The notes beneath the pieces were generated by a model that was not told the DNA's origin, did not search any database, and saw only the letters and a program-made list of their open reading frames with translations. The translations under genes were made by a program, and so were the position numbers. A stretch of DNA of 43,272 bases from a virus (Duplodnaviria > Caudoviricetes). Shown piece after piece: positions 17,304 to 26,044 of the stretch. The DNA is taken from positions 1-43,272 of the IMG/VR virus record IMGVR_UViG_3300010362_000039; one strand, given 5' to 3'. Positions within the stretch are counted from its first letter, which is position 1. Each line of letters opens with the position of its first letter.

Positions 17304-17711
17304 ATGGCGCTGCAACCTTCACTCGCCAACGTCGCCGCCAACGCCGCGGCGGACGCGGTGTGCGTGCTTGCCAATAACGGCTATCTCCGGATCTACAGCG
17401 GCACGCAACCGGCGACGGCCGACACCGTGCTCAGTGGTAACACGCTGCTCGCGGAGTTGCGGTTCGGCGCGACGGCGTTCGGCGCCGCGGCGGCTGGCGT
17501 GGCCACGGCGAACGCGATCACGTCCGATAGTTCGGCGGACAACACGGGCACGGCCACGTTCTTTCGCGTGCTCAAGTCGGACGGCACGACGGTGCTCTGG
17601 GATGGATCGGTCGGGACCGCCACTGCCAACTTGATCCTCAACTCGACCTCGATTCAGTCCGGCGCCGCCGTCTCCATTAGCTCGTTCACGTACACGCAAC
17701 AGAAGTCATGA
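17304..17711 (+). CDS. Putative virion structural protein
   Basis: AAAGGAG RBS; Ala/Thr/Gly-rich LRIYSGTQPATAD...GTATFFR...DGSVG. Confidence 0.6.
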   Translation: MALQPSLANVAANAAADAVCVLANNGYLRIYSGTQPATADTVLSGNTLLAELRFGATAFGAAAAGVATANAITSDSSADNTGTATFFRVLKSDGTTVLWDGSVGTATANLILNSTSIQSGAAVSISSFTYTQQKS

Positions 17712-17714
17712 GCC

Positions 17715-18017
17715 ATGCCAGGACTTGAAGTCAGCGGGCGCGGCGACGTCGCGCCAGGAGGCACAGCAATGGAACCGGGCACGACCGATCTCACGAAGGC
17801 GTGGCTCCTCGTCATCACCTCGCAGGAGGACTCGGAGTTCGAGATCACGCAGGCGGCGATTGACGCGGGACTCGCGGCACCCGTGACGAGTTTCGACACG
17901 GAGCAGGAAGCGAACGATGCGAAAGACGCCTGGCTGGCGAAGCCGCATCCGCCCGCCTACACAGCGGCCGTGATTCCGAACGCGAACGCCGCACCCGCGC
18001 CGCCACCGACGGCGTAA
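17715..18017 (+). CDS. Hypothetical acidic protein
   Basis: ORF fills the gap in the head module; start uncertain. Confidence 0.45.
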   Translation: MPGLEVSGRGDVAPGGTAMEPGTTDLTKAWLLVITSQEDSEFEITQAAIDAGLAAPVTSFDTEQEANDAKDAWLAKPHPPAYTAAVIPNANAAPAPPPTA

Positions 18018-18035
18018 GGACGGGCACGGGTCCCC

Positions 18036-18118
18036 CGTGGCGCGACTCGATGCCTGGTGGTCCCCCGCGATCGAGGCCATTTCGATCGCTCGTGTGGCCG
18101 GGCATCGGGTCCGTCACG
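18036..18118 (+). ncRNA. Long intergenic RNA hairpin upstream of the protease gene
   Basis: Nested stems CGTGGCG/CGTCACG, GACTCGATGCCTGGT/GCCGGGCATCGGGTC and GCGATCGA/TCGATCGC, with G-U pairs on the + strand. Confidence 0.5.
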
Positions 18119-18141
18119 CGGGTTCGCTATGAGGAACGGTC

Positions 18142-19110
18142 ATGAAAAATCACGGCTACGAACATCTGCTCAGTTTCGCGCTCGAGCATCCGTGGGCGCT
18201 CACCGATCCGATGCGCCAAGTCGTGGCGGGCATCCTCGCGCGGCACCTCGCCGGCCAGGACACCTCGCCCGACGTGATCGAGGCGGCGGTCAAGAGTCGG
18301 AAGGAGACGCCGCAACCGACCCGCGGCGGTGTGGCGATCATTCCCGTGCATGGCGTGATTGCCCCGCGGATGAATCTCTTGAGCGACATCAGCGGCGGGA
18401 CCACGTTCGAAGGCCTCACCGCGCAACTCCGCGAGGCGCTCGCCAACGAAGACGTTACGACCGTTCTCTTCGACGTCGATTCCCCTGGCGGCAACGTGGC
18501 CGGCGCGTCCGAGTTCGCGGCCGAAGTGATGAAGGCACGAGCGAAAAAGCCGATCGTGGCGCAAGTGCAATACCTCGGCGCCTCGGCGGCGTACTGGACG
18601 ATGGCGGCGGCGACGCAAATCGTCGCGGCCCCTTCGGCGCTCGTCGGCTCGATCGGGGTGTTCGGGATGCACGATGACCTCACCGATGCGCTCGCCAAAC
18701 TCGGCGTCAAGCGCACGATCGTGGCGGCCGGCAAATACAAGACCGAAGCGCTGCCCGGTGCCGCGCTGAGTGACGAAGCCCGCGAGCATCTCCAACACCT
18801 CGTCGATCAGCACTACTCGCGCTTTGTCGCTGACGTGGCGCTGGGTCGGGGTGTGAAGGAATCCACCGTGCGCGGCGGCTATGGCGAAGGGCGCGTGCTC
18901 GTCGCTGCCGAGGCGCTTGACGAAAAGATGATCGACAAGATCGCCACGCTCGATGAGACGCTCGCGCGCCTCAGCGACACGCCCCATTCGAAAGCGCGGA
19001 TGACTGCCACGGCCCAGGAGCTGCCCCTCGCAGCCACGGCCCAGGAGCGGACCTCCGACGTCGCCTGGCAGAACAGCATCACGGCTGAACTGCTCACTCT
19101 CCACCTCTGA
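18142..19110 (+). CDS. S49 (SppA-like) prohead protease
   Basis: DVDSPGG, ASAAYW, VGSIGV, AGKYK. Confidence 0.9.
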   Translation: MKNHGYEHLLSFALEHPWALTDPMRQVVAGILARHLAGQDTSPDVIEAAVKSRKETPQPTRGGVAIIPVHGVIAPRMNLLSDISGGTTFEGLTAQLREALANEDVTTVLFDVDSPGGNVAGASEFAAEVMKARAKKPIVAQVQYLGASAAYWTMAAATQIVAAPSALVGSIGVFGMHDDLTDALAKLGVKRTIVAAGKYKTEALPGAALSDEAREHLQHLVDQHYSRFVADVALGRGVKESTVRGGYGEGRVLVAAEALDEKMIDKIATLDETLARLSDTPHSKARMTATAQELPLAATAQERTSDVAWQNSITAELLTLHL

Positions 19111-19130
19111 CGCACGAAGGAAGAACCGTC

Positions 19131-20408
19131 ATGAATATCGCGCAACTCGAAGCGGATCTCAAAAGCAAACAGGCCGCGGCGAAGACACTCCTCGAGCAAA
19201 CGATGCACGCCTGCGAGGAACACATCGTCACACCCGCCACCGATAAAACGCCGGCCGTCAAAGGTCGTTTGATGACGACCGAGGAGAAGGCGGCGATTCA
19301 GGCGCTACTCGATGAAGCGAAAGGCATCAAGGCGCGGCTCGATGGTGTCACGACCGACGCGAACATGATGGCCGAGATCGATCGCCTCACGAGTAATCTG
19401 CCGGACCGCAACACCGTCGCCGGTCAACGGAAGATGCTCTCGATCGGGCAGCAATTCGTCAGTAATCCGGAATATCGCAAGTTCATCGAACGCCAGGGGC
19501 ATCGGAGTTCGAGTGCCTGGAATGCGCCGGCCACGGAGGCCGTCGTGCAATTTCAAGCGACGACCCTCACGGAAGATCCGGCCTCGGGCGGCAAGCTGAT
19601 TCTTCCCGACGTGCAACCGGGGATCTTGTTTCTCCTCTTCAAGCGGCTCGTCATCGCGGACCTCGCGGCACCCGGCACGACCACGAGCAACATGATTCAG
19701 TTCATGAAGGAGACGCTCTTCACGAATAACGCCGCCGCGGTGCTCGAGGGCGGGACCAAACCGGAGTCGGCGCTCGCCTTCGATAGCGCGACCAGCCCCG
19801 TCCAAAAACTGGCGCACTGGATTCCAGTCACGGAGGAGATGCTCGAGGACTTCGCCCAGACGCAATCGATCATCGACGCGCGCCTGCGACTCGGCCTCGC
19901 GCTCACCGAGGAAGATCAACTCCTCAACGGCAACGGCACCCCGCCCAATCTTCGCGGCTACATGAATCTCGCCGGCCTCGCGGCGCCGATCGCCCGCGGC
20001 ACCGACACCAACATGGATGCGATCTTCAAACAGATCACGGCCATCAGTACGACCTCGTTCGTCACGCCCGATGCCTGGGTCATGAATCCGACCAACTGGC
20101 AGACGTGCCAACTCTCGAAGGATGCGCAGGGCCAGTACGTGGGCGGCGGACCGTTCACGACCGCGCAAACGCCGACGATGTGGGGCTTGCCAGGGGCGAT
20201 CACGCCGTCGATCGTCGCGGGCACGTCGCTCGTCGGCGGGTTCCGCTCCTCCTCGCAAATCTTCCGCCGTGGCGGCGTGCGCGTCGAGGCCTCGAACAGC
20301 CATCAGGATTTCTTCATCAAGAACCTCGTGGCCATTCGAGCGGAAGAACGCCTCGCCCTGGTGGTCTACCGCGAAGCGGCCTTCGGCAAAGTGACGGGTC
20401 TGAACTAA
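19131..20408 (+). CDS. HK97-fold major capsid protein
   Basis: EGGTKPES, KLAHWIPVTEEMLED, EEDQLLNGNG, WVMNP, FIKNLVAIRAEER. Confidence 0.95.
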   Translation: MNIAQLEADLKSKQAAAKTLLEQTMHACEEHIVTPATDKTPAVKGRLMTTEEKAAIQALLDEAKGIKARLDGVTTDANMMAEIDRLTSNLPDRNTVAGQRKMLSIGQQFVSNPEYRKFIERQGHRSSSAWNAPATEAVVQFQATTLTEDPASGGKLILPDVQPGILFLLFKRLVIADLAAPGTTTSNMIQFMKETLFTNNAAAVLEGGTKPESALAFDSATSPVQKLAHWIPVTEEMLEDFAQTQSIIDARLRLGLALTEEDQLLNGNGTPPNLRGYMNLAGLAAPIARGTDTNMDAIFKQITAISTTSFVTPDAWVMNPTNWQTCQLSKDAQGQYVGGGPFTTAQTPTMWGLPGAITPSIVAGTSLVGGFRSSSQIFRRGGVRVEASNSHQDFFIKNLVAIRAEERLALVVYREAAFGKVTGLN

Positions 20409-20417
20409 TTCACTCGC

Positions 20418-20444
20418 GGGGCGGGCCGCGCGGCGGTCCGCTCC
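20418..20444 (+). terminator. GC-rich hairpin after the capsid gene (stabiliser/attenuator)
   Basis: GGGGCGGGCCGC-GCG-GCGGTCCGCTCC; no U-tract. Confidence 0.35.
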
Positions 20445-20464
20445 ACCGGAAAGGAACGCAACCG

Positions 20465-20818
20465 ATGCCCCGCTACGATCCCGTCAAAAATCAGTACGTC
20501 TACGACGCGACCGGTCCCGCGATCGTCTACACCGCGAACGGCGCGATTCAACACAGCGACGGTGTCCACGCGATCGCCAAGACGAGCGCCGCGGCGATGA
20601 CGTTGACGCCACCGCTCGCCGGCGAAGAAGGGATGCGGATCACGATCACGGGCCGCACCGCCTTCGCGCATACCGTGGTGATCACGGAAGGCCTCGGCGG
20701 GAAGGGCGGCAACTTCGACACGATGACGTACGCCGCCGTCGGCGATTCCATCACGCTGCTCGCCGACAACCTCCACTGGGTCCCGATCGCGGGCGCCTAC
20801 GGAGTGGCGATCGCGTGA
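20465..20818 (+). CDS. Putative head decoration/structural protein
   Basis: AAAGGAA RBS; follows the capsid gene; beta-rich Ala/Gly/Thr composition. Confidence 0.55.
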   Translation: MPRYDPVKNQYVYDATGPAIVYTANGAIQHSDGVHAIAKTSAAAMTLTPPLAGEEGMRITITGRTAFAHTVVITEGLGGKGGNFDTMTYAAVGDSITLLADNLHWVPIAGAYGVAIA

Positions 20819-21048
20819 TCCTCTGGCTCGGCGATCCCGGTCCGTGTCCGGTCTGCGGAGCCCCGCATACGACCTGCACGGCGTACACCGGCCCGATCGT
20901 CGTGGCCCAACTGCCCCTGCGGGACGCCGCCGCATCTGCTCCGTCTCCGGTCTCGCCCCCGTTGATGGCGGAGCGGATTCAAGCGGCGCTCCCGCCCGGG
21001 CAATTCACAACGGGCACCTACCGCCGCCAGAAGCGAGGGCGGAAATGA
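20815..21048 (+). CDS. Hypothetical protein
   Basis: GTGA overlap; CPVCGAPHTTC. Confidence 0.5.
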   Translation: MILWLGDPGPCPVCGAPHTTCTAYTGPIVVAQLPLRDAAASAPSPVSPPLMAERIQAALPPGQFTTGTYRRQKRGRK

Positions 21049-21884
21049 TCGAGCCGACGTACGTGTCGCCGCATCCCGTCTCGACGCGTGTGGAACTCGT
21101 GACCGCCATCGCGTTTTCGACGACGGGTAATCCGGCGATTCTCGTCACGCAGACGCCACACGGCCTCGTGACGGGCGACACCGTGGAGATCGTGAACCAC
21201 GACACCTCGCCCCCGCTGAACGGCACGCGGGTGGTCACGGTGATCGGCCCGAGCACGTTCACCGTCGACGTCAACGGCGGCGGGCAACCCGGGACCGGCG
21301 GCACCGTGCGACGGACGATCCCGGTGGAACCGTTGACGCTGGCGGAAGGGAAACTCCGCGCGGGCCTCGATTGGCCAGACGGCGATCCGCGGGATGCGCT
21401 GATGAGGGGCTTCATCACAGCCGCCCGGCAACACGTCGAGCGCCGCACTGAACGCGCCCTCCTCTCGCAGACCCGGGACGTCTACTTCGATGCCCTGACA
21501 GGCTGGGTCATTGAGATGCCCCCGCTCTGTATTCCGTTACAGGCCGTGCTCTCGGTGGCGTGGACGGACACGGCGGGCGACGAACATCTCCTCGATTCCT
21601 CGACCTACATCGTGGATCTCGTGAGCGGACGCATCGGTCTGACGATGAGCGTCACCTGGCCGACGGGTGTCCGCGCCTTTCAACCCTGGCACCTCCGCAT
21701 CATTGCGGGCGCTCCGGAGATCGCACAAATCCCAGCGCCGCTCGTGCAAGCGGTCGGCCTCCTCGTCGGGCATTACGCGACGGCTGGACGTGATCTGGTG
21801 TCGCTGACGGGTGCCAACGCGATCGAAGTGCCGCAGGGGTTCGAGGACACGATCGCCCCGTGGGTACCGGTGGCGGTGCCATGA
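21045..21884 (+). CDS. Head-tail connector (gp6-like) with an N-terminal beta-domain insertion
   Basis: EPLTLAEGK...FITAARQHVERRTERAL..QT, IPAPLVQAVGLLVGHY; insertion with PHGLVTGDTVEI...LNG...FTV. Confidence 0.8.
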   Translation: MIEPTYVSPHPVSTRVELVTAIAFSTTGNPAILVTQTPHGLVTGDTVEIVNHDTSPPLNGTRVVTVIGPSTFTVDVNGGGQPGTGGTVRRTIPVEPLTLAEGKLRAGLDWPDGDPRDALMRGFITAARQHVERRTERALLSQTRDVYFDALTGWVIEMPPLCIPLQAVLSVAWTDTAGDEHLLDSSTYIVDLVSGRIGLTMSVTWPTGVRAFQPWHLRIIAGAPEIAQIPAPLVQAVGLLVGHYATAGRDLVSLTGANAIEVPQGFEDTIAPWVPVAVP

Positions 21885-22237
21885 GCACGATCGGGATGAC
21901 CACGGCGGTCGGGTTCCGTCCGCATCGTGTGACGGTGCAGAACGCGGGGACGCTCGTGCCGGACGGCGACGGGGGTTTTGTCGAGGGCTGGGGGGATGCG
22001 GTGCCGCCGCAAATCTCCGTCTCGATTCAACCGGCGAGTGCGCGTGACCTCGAGCGCGTGGCCGCCGGCACCGTGGTCGCTAACGCAACGCATATCGTTC
22101 ACGCGCCCTATCACCCGCAATTGACGGTGAAGTCCCGTCTCATCTTCAACGCCCGGACGTTCAACGTCCTCGGTGTGGCGAACATCGAAGAACGGAACGC
22201 GGAACAGATCCTCATCTGCGCAGAGCTATTGCCATGA
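21881..22237 (+). CDS. Head closure / head-tail adaptor
   Basis: HRVTVQ...DGDGG...W...RLIFNARTFNV; synteny. Confidence 0.8.
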   Translation: MSTIGMTTAVGFRPHRVTVQNAGTLVPDGDGGFVEGWGDAVPPQISVSIQPASARDLERVAAGTVVANATHIVHAPYHPQLTVKSRLIFNARTFNVLGVANIEERNAEQILICAELLP

Positions 22238-22683
22238 AGCACCTCGAACGCCACTTATTCGACACCCGCGTGCAGTGGGATGGCCTCGCCGAATTTCAGG
22301 CCTCCCTCAAACGCCTCCCCGATGAACTCGCGGGCGGTGTCGGGCCGATCGTGCTCCGTCATGCCAGGGTCGCGGAGCAGGACATCCGCGCGGCCTATCC
22401 GGTGCGGACCGGCAACCTCCGGGAAGGGATGCGGACCGAGATGATCGCGGCAGGTCGGTTCGGTGCCGCCGCCCGCGTCGTCAATCGCGCGCCGCACTCG
22501 GGGATTTTTGAAAGTGGGACGCAAGCGCGTCACACGAAGATCGGCGCCAACCGCGGCGCGATGCCACCGGGGAACGTGTTCATTCCGATCGCGATGCGCG
22601 AACGGCGGGCGATGTACGAGGACATCAAAGACTACCTGCGGGCGATGGGGTTTGTCGTGACAGGTGAGGCGAGCGATGCCTGA
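22234..22683 (+). CDS. HK97 gp10-like neck protein
   Basis: PVRTGNLR, FESGT, MPP..FIP. Confidence 0.75.
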   Translation: MKHLERHLFDTRVQWDGLAEFQASLKRLPDELAGGVGPIVLRHARVAEQDIRAAYPVRTGNLREGMRTEMIAAGRFGAAARVVNRAPHSGIFESGTQARHTKIGANRGAMPPGNVFIPIAMRERRAMYEDIKDYLRAMGFVVTGEASDA

Positions 22684-23095
22684 TTCCTCAGACATTGATG
22701 CGGCCCTCATCTCGAAACTCTCGGGCGATGCGCAGTTGACGACGCTCATGCCCGACGGGGTGTTCTTCGACCAGGCGCCGCAGGGCGCGACGAAGTTTGT
22801 CCTGCTGTCGATTGTCGATGAAGTGGATCTCCCGATGTTCCGGCAACGCGCCTTCGAGGACCACACCTACTTAGTGAAGGCCGTCGAGCTCTCGACCAGC
22901 GGCGCCAACGTGAAGGCCGCGGCCGCGCGCATCGACGCCCTCCTCGAGCAAGGCACGCTCACGGTGACCGGCTACAACACGATCGTGATTCAGCGGATTT
23001 CTCGACTTCGCCTGACCGAAGTCGATGACGTGGACGCGGCGATTCGCTGGCAACACCGCGGCGGGCGCTATGAAGTCGTGGTGACGGCACCATGA
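22676..23095 (+). CDS. Tail terminator/completion protein
   Basis: GVFFDQAPQGA...ARIDALL...WQHRGGRY; synteny. Confidence 0.75.
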   Translation: MPDSSDIDAALISKLSGDAQLTTLMPDGVFFDQAPQGATKFVLLSIVDEVDLPMFRQRAFEDHTYLVKAVELSTSGANVKAAAARIDALLEQGTLTVTGYNTIVIQRISRLRLTEVDDVDAAIRWQHRGGRYEVVVTAP

Positions 23096-23739
23096 TTGCG
23101 GAGCGCACCGTCGACGCCTACGGCTATTGTCCGCGGCACGGTGTGCCGGTGCTGCCGGAGCACGCGTGTGTGGCCTGTGTCGCGGACCGTCCACCGATCG
23201 ATCCCTCGCGGCGCCTGAATGTCGGCTGCGGGCTGTGGCCGCTGCTCTACTTCACGAACCTCGATGAATCCGCCCAGGCGATCGCCGACGTGATCGTGCA
23301 CGTGCCGCCGCTCCCCTACGACGCCGGCGGACTCGATGAAATTTACGCGGGGCATTTCCTCGAGCACCTCACGCCCGACGAGGCCGAGGCGTTCCTCGCG
23401 GATTGCTATCGCTGTCTCGTGCGCGAGGGGCGGATCGGGATCGTGGTTCCGGACACGCGGGCCATTATGGGGCGCTGGCTCTCGGCCGATCCCGGGGACT
23501 TCGTGGAATATCCGGCGGGCGTGTTTCATCCCGTCGCGGACCTCACCACGATCTGCGAACTCTTCCTCTATAGCACCGTGCAGGAATCGCCGCACCGCTG
23601 GTCGTACGACTTGGACACACTCGGCGCCACGTTGCAGCGGGCGGGGTTCGCGCTAACAGCGCCGATCAATCGCTATCACGATCATCGGATCCCGGTGGGC
23701 GCCTGGTATCAATGCGGCTGGGACGCGGTGAAGCGATGA
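23092..23739 (+). CDS. Class I SAM-dependent methyltransferase
   Basis: RLNVGCG, DEIYAGHFLEHL, CYRCLVREGRIGIVVPD. Confidence 0.8.
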   Translation: MIAERTVDAYGYCPRHGVPVLPEHACVACVADRPPIDPSRRLNVGCGLWPLLYFTNLDESAQAIADVIVHVPPLPYDAGGLDEIYAGHFLEHLTPDEAEAFLADCYRCLVREGRIGIVVPDTRAIMGRWLSADPGDFVEYPAGVFHPVADLTTICELFLYSTVQESPHRWSYDLDTLGATLQRAGFALTAPINRYHDHRIPVGAWYQCGWDAVKR

Positions 23740-24848
23740 CGGTGCTCCTCGTCCATCCTGGCGCGAGCTGGTCGACGACCGACGTCGAGGCCGGCCTCCG
23801 GTACGGCCTCACGCAACACGGGGTCCGCGTCGTGCGGTACCGCCTCGATGAACGGATCGATCGATCGAAGCGCTGGCTGTACGCGACGTGGAGACACGCG
23901 AAGAAGCGGAACCCGGATCTCGACCGTCCAACCACGGCGGATTTCTTCTATCAGGCGGGTGTCGGCGCCCTCGAGATGGCGCTCCGTCATCAAGTCGATG
24001 CGGTGCTGATCGTGAGCGCGATGTTCCTGCACCCCGACGTGATCATTCTGCTCAAACGCGCCGGCCTCTTCGTCACAGTCCTCTTCACCGAGAGCCCGTA
24101 CGACCAAGCGCAAGAACTGAAGATCGCGCCGCTCGTGGATGGGTGCTGGACGTGTGAGCGCTCCTCCGTCGAGGCGTTCCGCGCCGTCAACCCGCGGAGC
24201 GGTTATCTCCCGCACGCCTGGCACCCGGAGCGCCACCATCCCGGCACGCACGCCGAGGATGCCCTGGTCCCCGCGCATGACGTGGTGTTCGTCGGGTCCG
24301 CCTTCCGCGAGCGGATCGAGTGGTTCTCCGCCATTGATTGGCGCGGGATCGATCTCGGGCTGTACGGCGAATGGTCCGCCCTCGGCTCGCGGCACTGGCT
24401 CCGTCGCTTCGTGCGCGAAGGGCCGGTGACGAATCTCAAGACGGCCGCGCTCTATCGGCGGGCGAAGGTCGGACTCAATCTCTATCGCACCTCGCAAGGC
24501 TGGGGCAAAGACGCCCCGTCGATCGCACATGCCGAATCCCTGAACCCGCGAGCGTATGAACTCGCGGCGTGTGGCGCCTTCCACCTCAGTACGCGGCGGG
24601 CGGAAGTTGGCGAAGTCTTTGGCGATCGGGTTCCGACCTTCGGAACCGCCGCCGAAGCTGAATATCAGATCCGCGCCTGGCTGGCCGATGACGCGCACCG
24701 CGCGTCCATCGCGTCGAGCCTTCCGGCCTGTGTGGCCGAGTCGTCTTGGGTCGAACGGGCGACCCGAGTCATCGGAGATATGCAAACGCTCTTGCCGCGA
24801 CGGGCCGGCGCGATCGCGATCGACGCCGTGGGTACCGTGGCCGCGTAG
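23736..24848 (+). CDS. Glycosyltransferase (CgeB-like, GT-B)
   Basis: TESPY, YLPHAW, DVVFVGS, AKVGLNLYR, NPRAYELAACGAF. Confidence 0.8.
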   Translation: MTVLLVHPGASWSTTDVEAGLRYGLTQHGVRVVRYRLDERIDRSKRWLYATWRHAKKRNPDLDRPTTADFFYQAGVGALEMALRHQVDAVLIVSAMFLHPDVIILLKRAGLFVTVLFTESPYDQAQELKIAPLVDGCWTCERSSVEAFRAVNPRSGYLPHAWHPERHHPGTHAEDALVPAHDVVFVGSAFRERIEWFSAIDWRGIDLGLYGEWSALGSRHWLRRFVREGPVTNLKTAALYRRAKVGLNLYRTSQGWGKDAPSIAHAESLNPRAYELAACGAFHLSTRRAEVGEVFGDRVPTFGTAAEAEYQIRAWLADDAHRASIASSLPACVAESSWVERATRVIGDMQTLLPRRAGAIAIDAVGTVAA

Positions 24849-24865
24849 GAGCAAGGAGAACACAG

Positions 24866-25264
24866 ATGGCGCGGTATCACGGCAACAAGGGGGCGGTCTA
24901 CGGGAGCACGACCGGTGCGGGTGTGGCCTCGCCGCTCGCCTCGCTCTCGAAGTGGTCGCTCAACATGGCGACCGACAAAGTCGAAGTGACGGCGTTTCTC
25001 GATCCCAACAAGGTCTACGTGCAGGGTTTGCGCGATATCAAGGGCCAATTTTCCGGCTGGTGGGATAACGCCGACGACTCGCTGTTCGATGGATCGGAAT
25101 CGAACGACGGCGTCCGGCTGTACCTCTATCCGGCAACCACCTATCAGAACGCGTACTTCTACGGCCCCGCGTGGCTCGACGCGTCGATCGAAGTCGACGT
25201 CAACGGCGCAGTTTCCGTCACCGGCAACTTCGTGGCGAACGGCGCATGGGGGCGCAAACCCTAG
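24866..25264 (+). CDS. Tail tube protein
   Basis: AAGGAG RBS; WSLNMATDKVEVTAF...VQGLRD; position before the chaperones and tape measure. Confidence 0.8.
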   Translation: MARYHGNKGAVYGSTTGAGVASPLASLSKWSLNMATDKVEVTAFLDPNKVYVQGLRDIKGQFSGWWDNADDSLFDGSESNDGVRLYLYPATTYQNAYFYGPAWLDASIEVDVNGAVSVTGNFVANGAWGRKP

Positions 25265-25273
25265 CGAGGACTG

Positions 25274-25543
25274 ATGGCGCACGTCCTGACGATGCGCGGC
25301 GCTGAGGGCTTCATCGAGTGGGGCTATCAGCGCGCCGCGCGAGTGACGGGCTTCACCGTCACTCGAGAACCCGACGGCCTCCTACTCACCGGCACGGTGA
25401 TGGAGGCCAATACGTTTCGGCTCTCGCAGGAACCGTTGACGTTTCGGGTAGCGCGCAATCCCGGACCGGCCTGGACGTGGTCGATCCGTGAAGTGCAACT
25501 CACGGGCGATGCGGTTACCGCGCGGCTCGTCCGGCAGGAGTGA
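25274..25543 (+). CDS. Hypothetical tail-module protein
   Basis: GAGGA RBS; synteny. Confidence 0.6.
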   Translation: MAHVLTMRGAEGFIEWGYQRAARVTGFTVTREPDGLLLTGTVMEANTFRLSQEPLTFRVARNPGPAWTWSIREVQLTGDAVTARLVRQE

Positions 25544-25544
25544 C

Positions 25545-25928
25545 ATGGCACGCGAACGGTTTGTCGAACCAAGTATCACGCGACTCGACCTCAGCGACGG
25601 CGATTGGATCGACGTCAAGAACGAACTCAACGCCGGCGAACGGCGCCATGCGTTCGGGCAACTCGTCAAGGAAATGCGCTCGGGGGAATCCGCGGTGCTC
25701 GATCCCGAGAAGGTCGGGCTCACGCGCCTCGTGGAATACATCGTGAGGTGGTCGTTCACGCGCCGCGGGAAGCCTGTCGAGGTGACCGAGGCGGCAATCA
25801 ATGCGCTCGACATCGACTCGTTCGGCGAACTCGTCGAGGCGATCGATAAACACGAGGCCGCGATGGAAGCGAAACGCGCGGCTCAAAAAAAAGACCTGGC
25901 TACATCGACGGAATCCGCAGCGATCTAG
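25545..25928 (+). CDS. Tail assembly chaperone (gpG-like)
   Basis: AGGAG RBS; precedes the tape measure; ends just after an A8 slippery run. Confidence 0.75.
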   Translation: MARERFVEPSITRLDLSDGDWIDVKNELNAGERRHAFGQLVKEMRSGESAVLDPEKVGLTRLVEYIVRWSFTRRGKPVEVTEAAINALDIDSFGELVEAIDKHEAAMEAKRAAQKKDLATSTESAAI

Positions 25929-26044
25929 CCATCTGTCGATTCATGGGCGGATGGAAGTACGAGTGGGCGGGCCAACTTCCACCGGATGTCTACGATGAAC
26001 TCGTCGCGATCATGCGCCAGGCGGCGAAGGAACCGGACGAATGA
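25885..26044 (+). other. -1 programmed frameshift and gpGT-like extension
   Basis: A AAA AAA at 25886-25892; the -1 frame is open (RPGYIDGIRSDLAICRFMGGWKYEW...EPDE) to TGA 26042-26044, overlapping the tape measure ATG. Confidence 0.75.
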
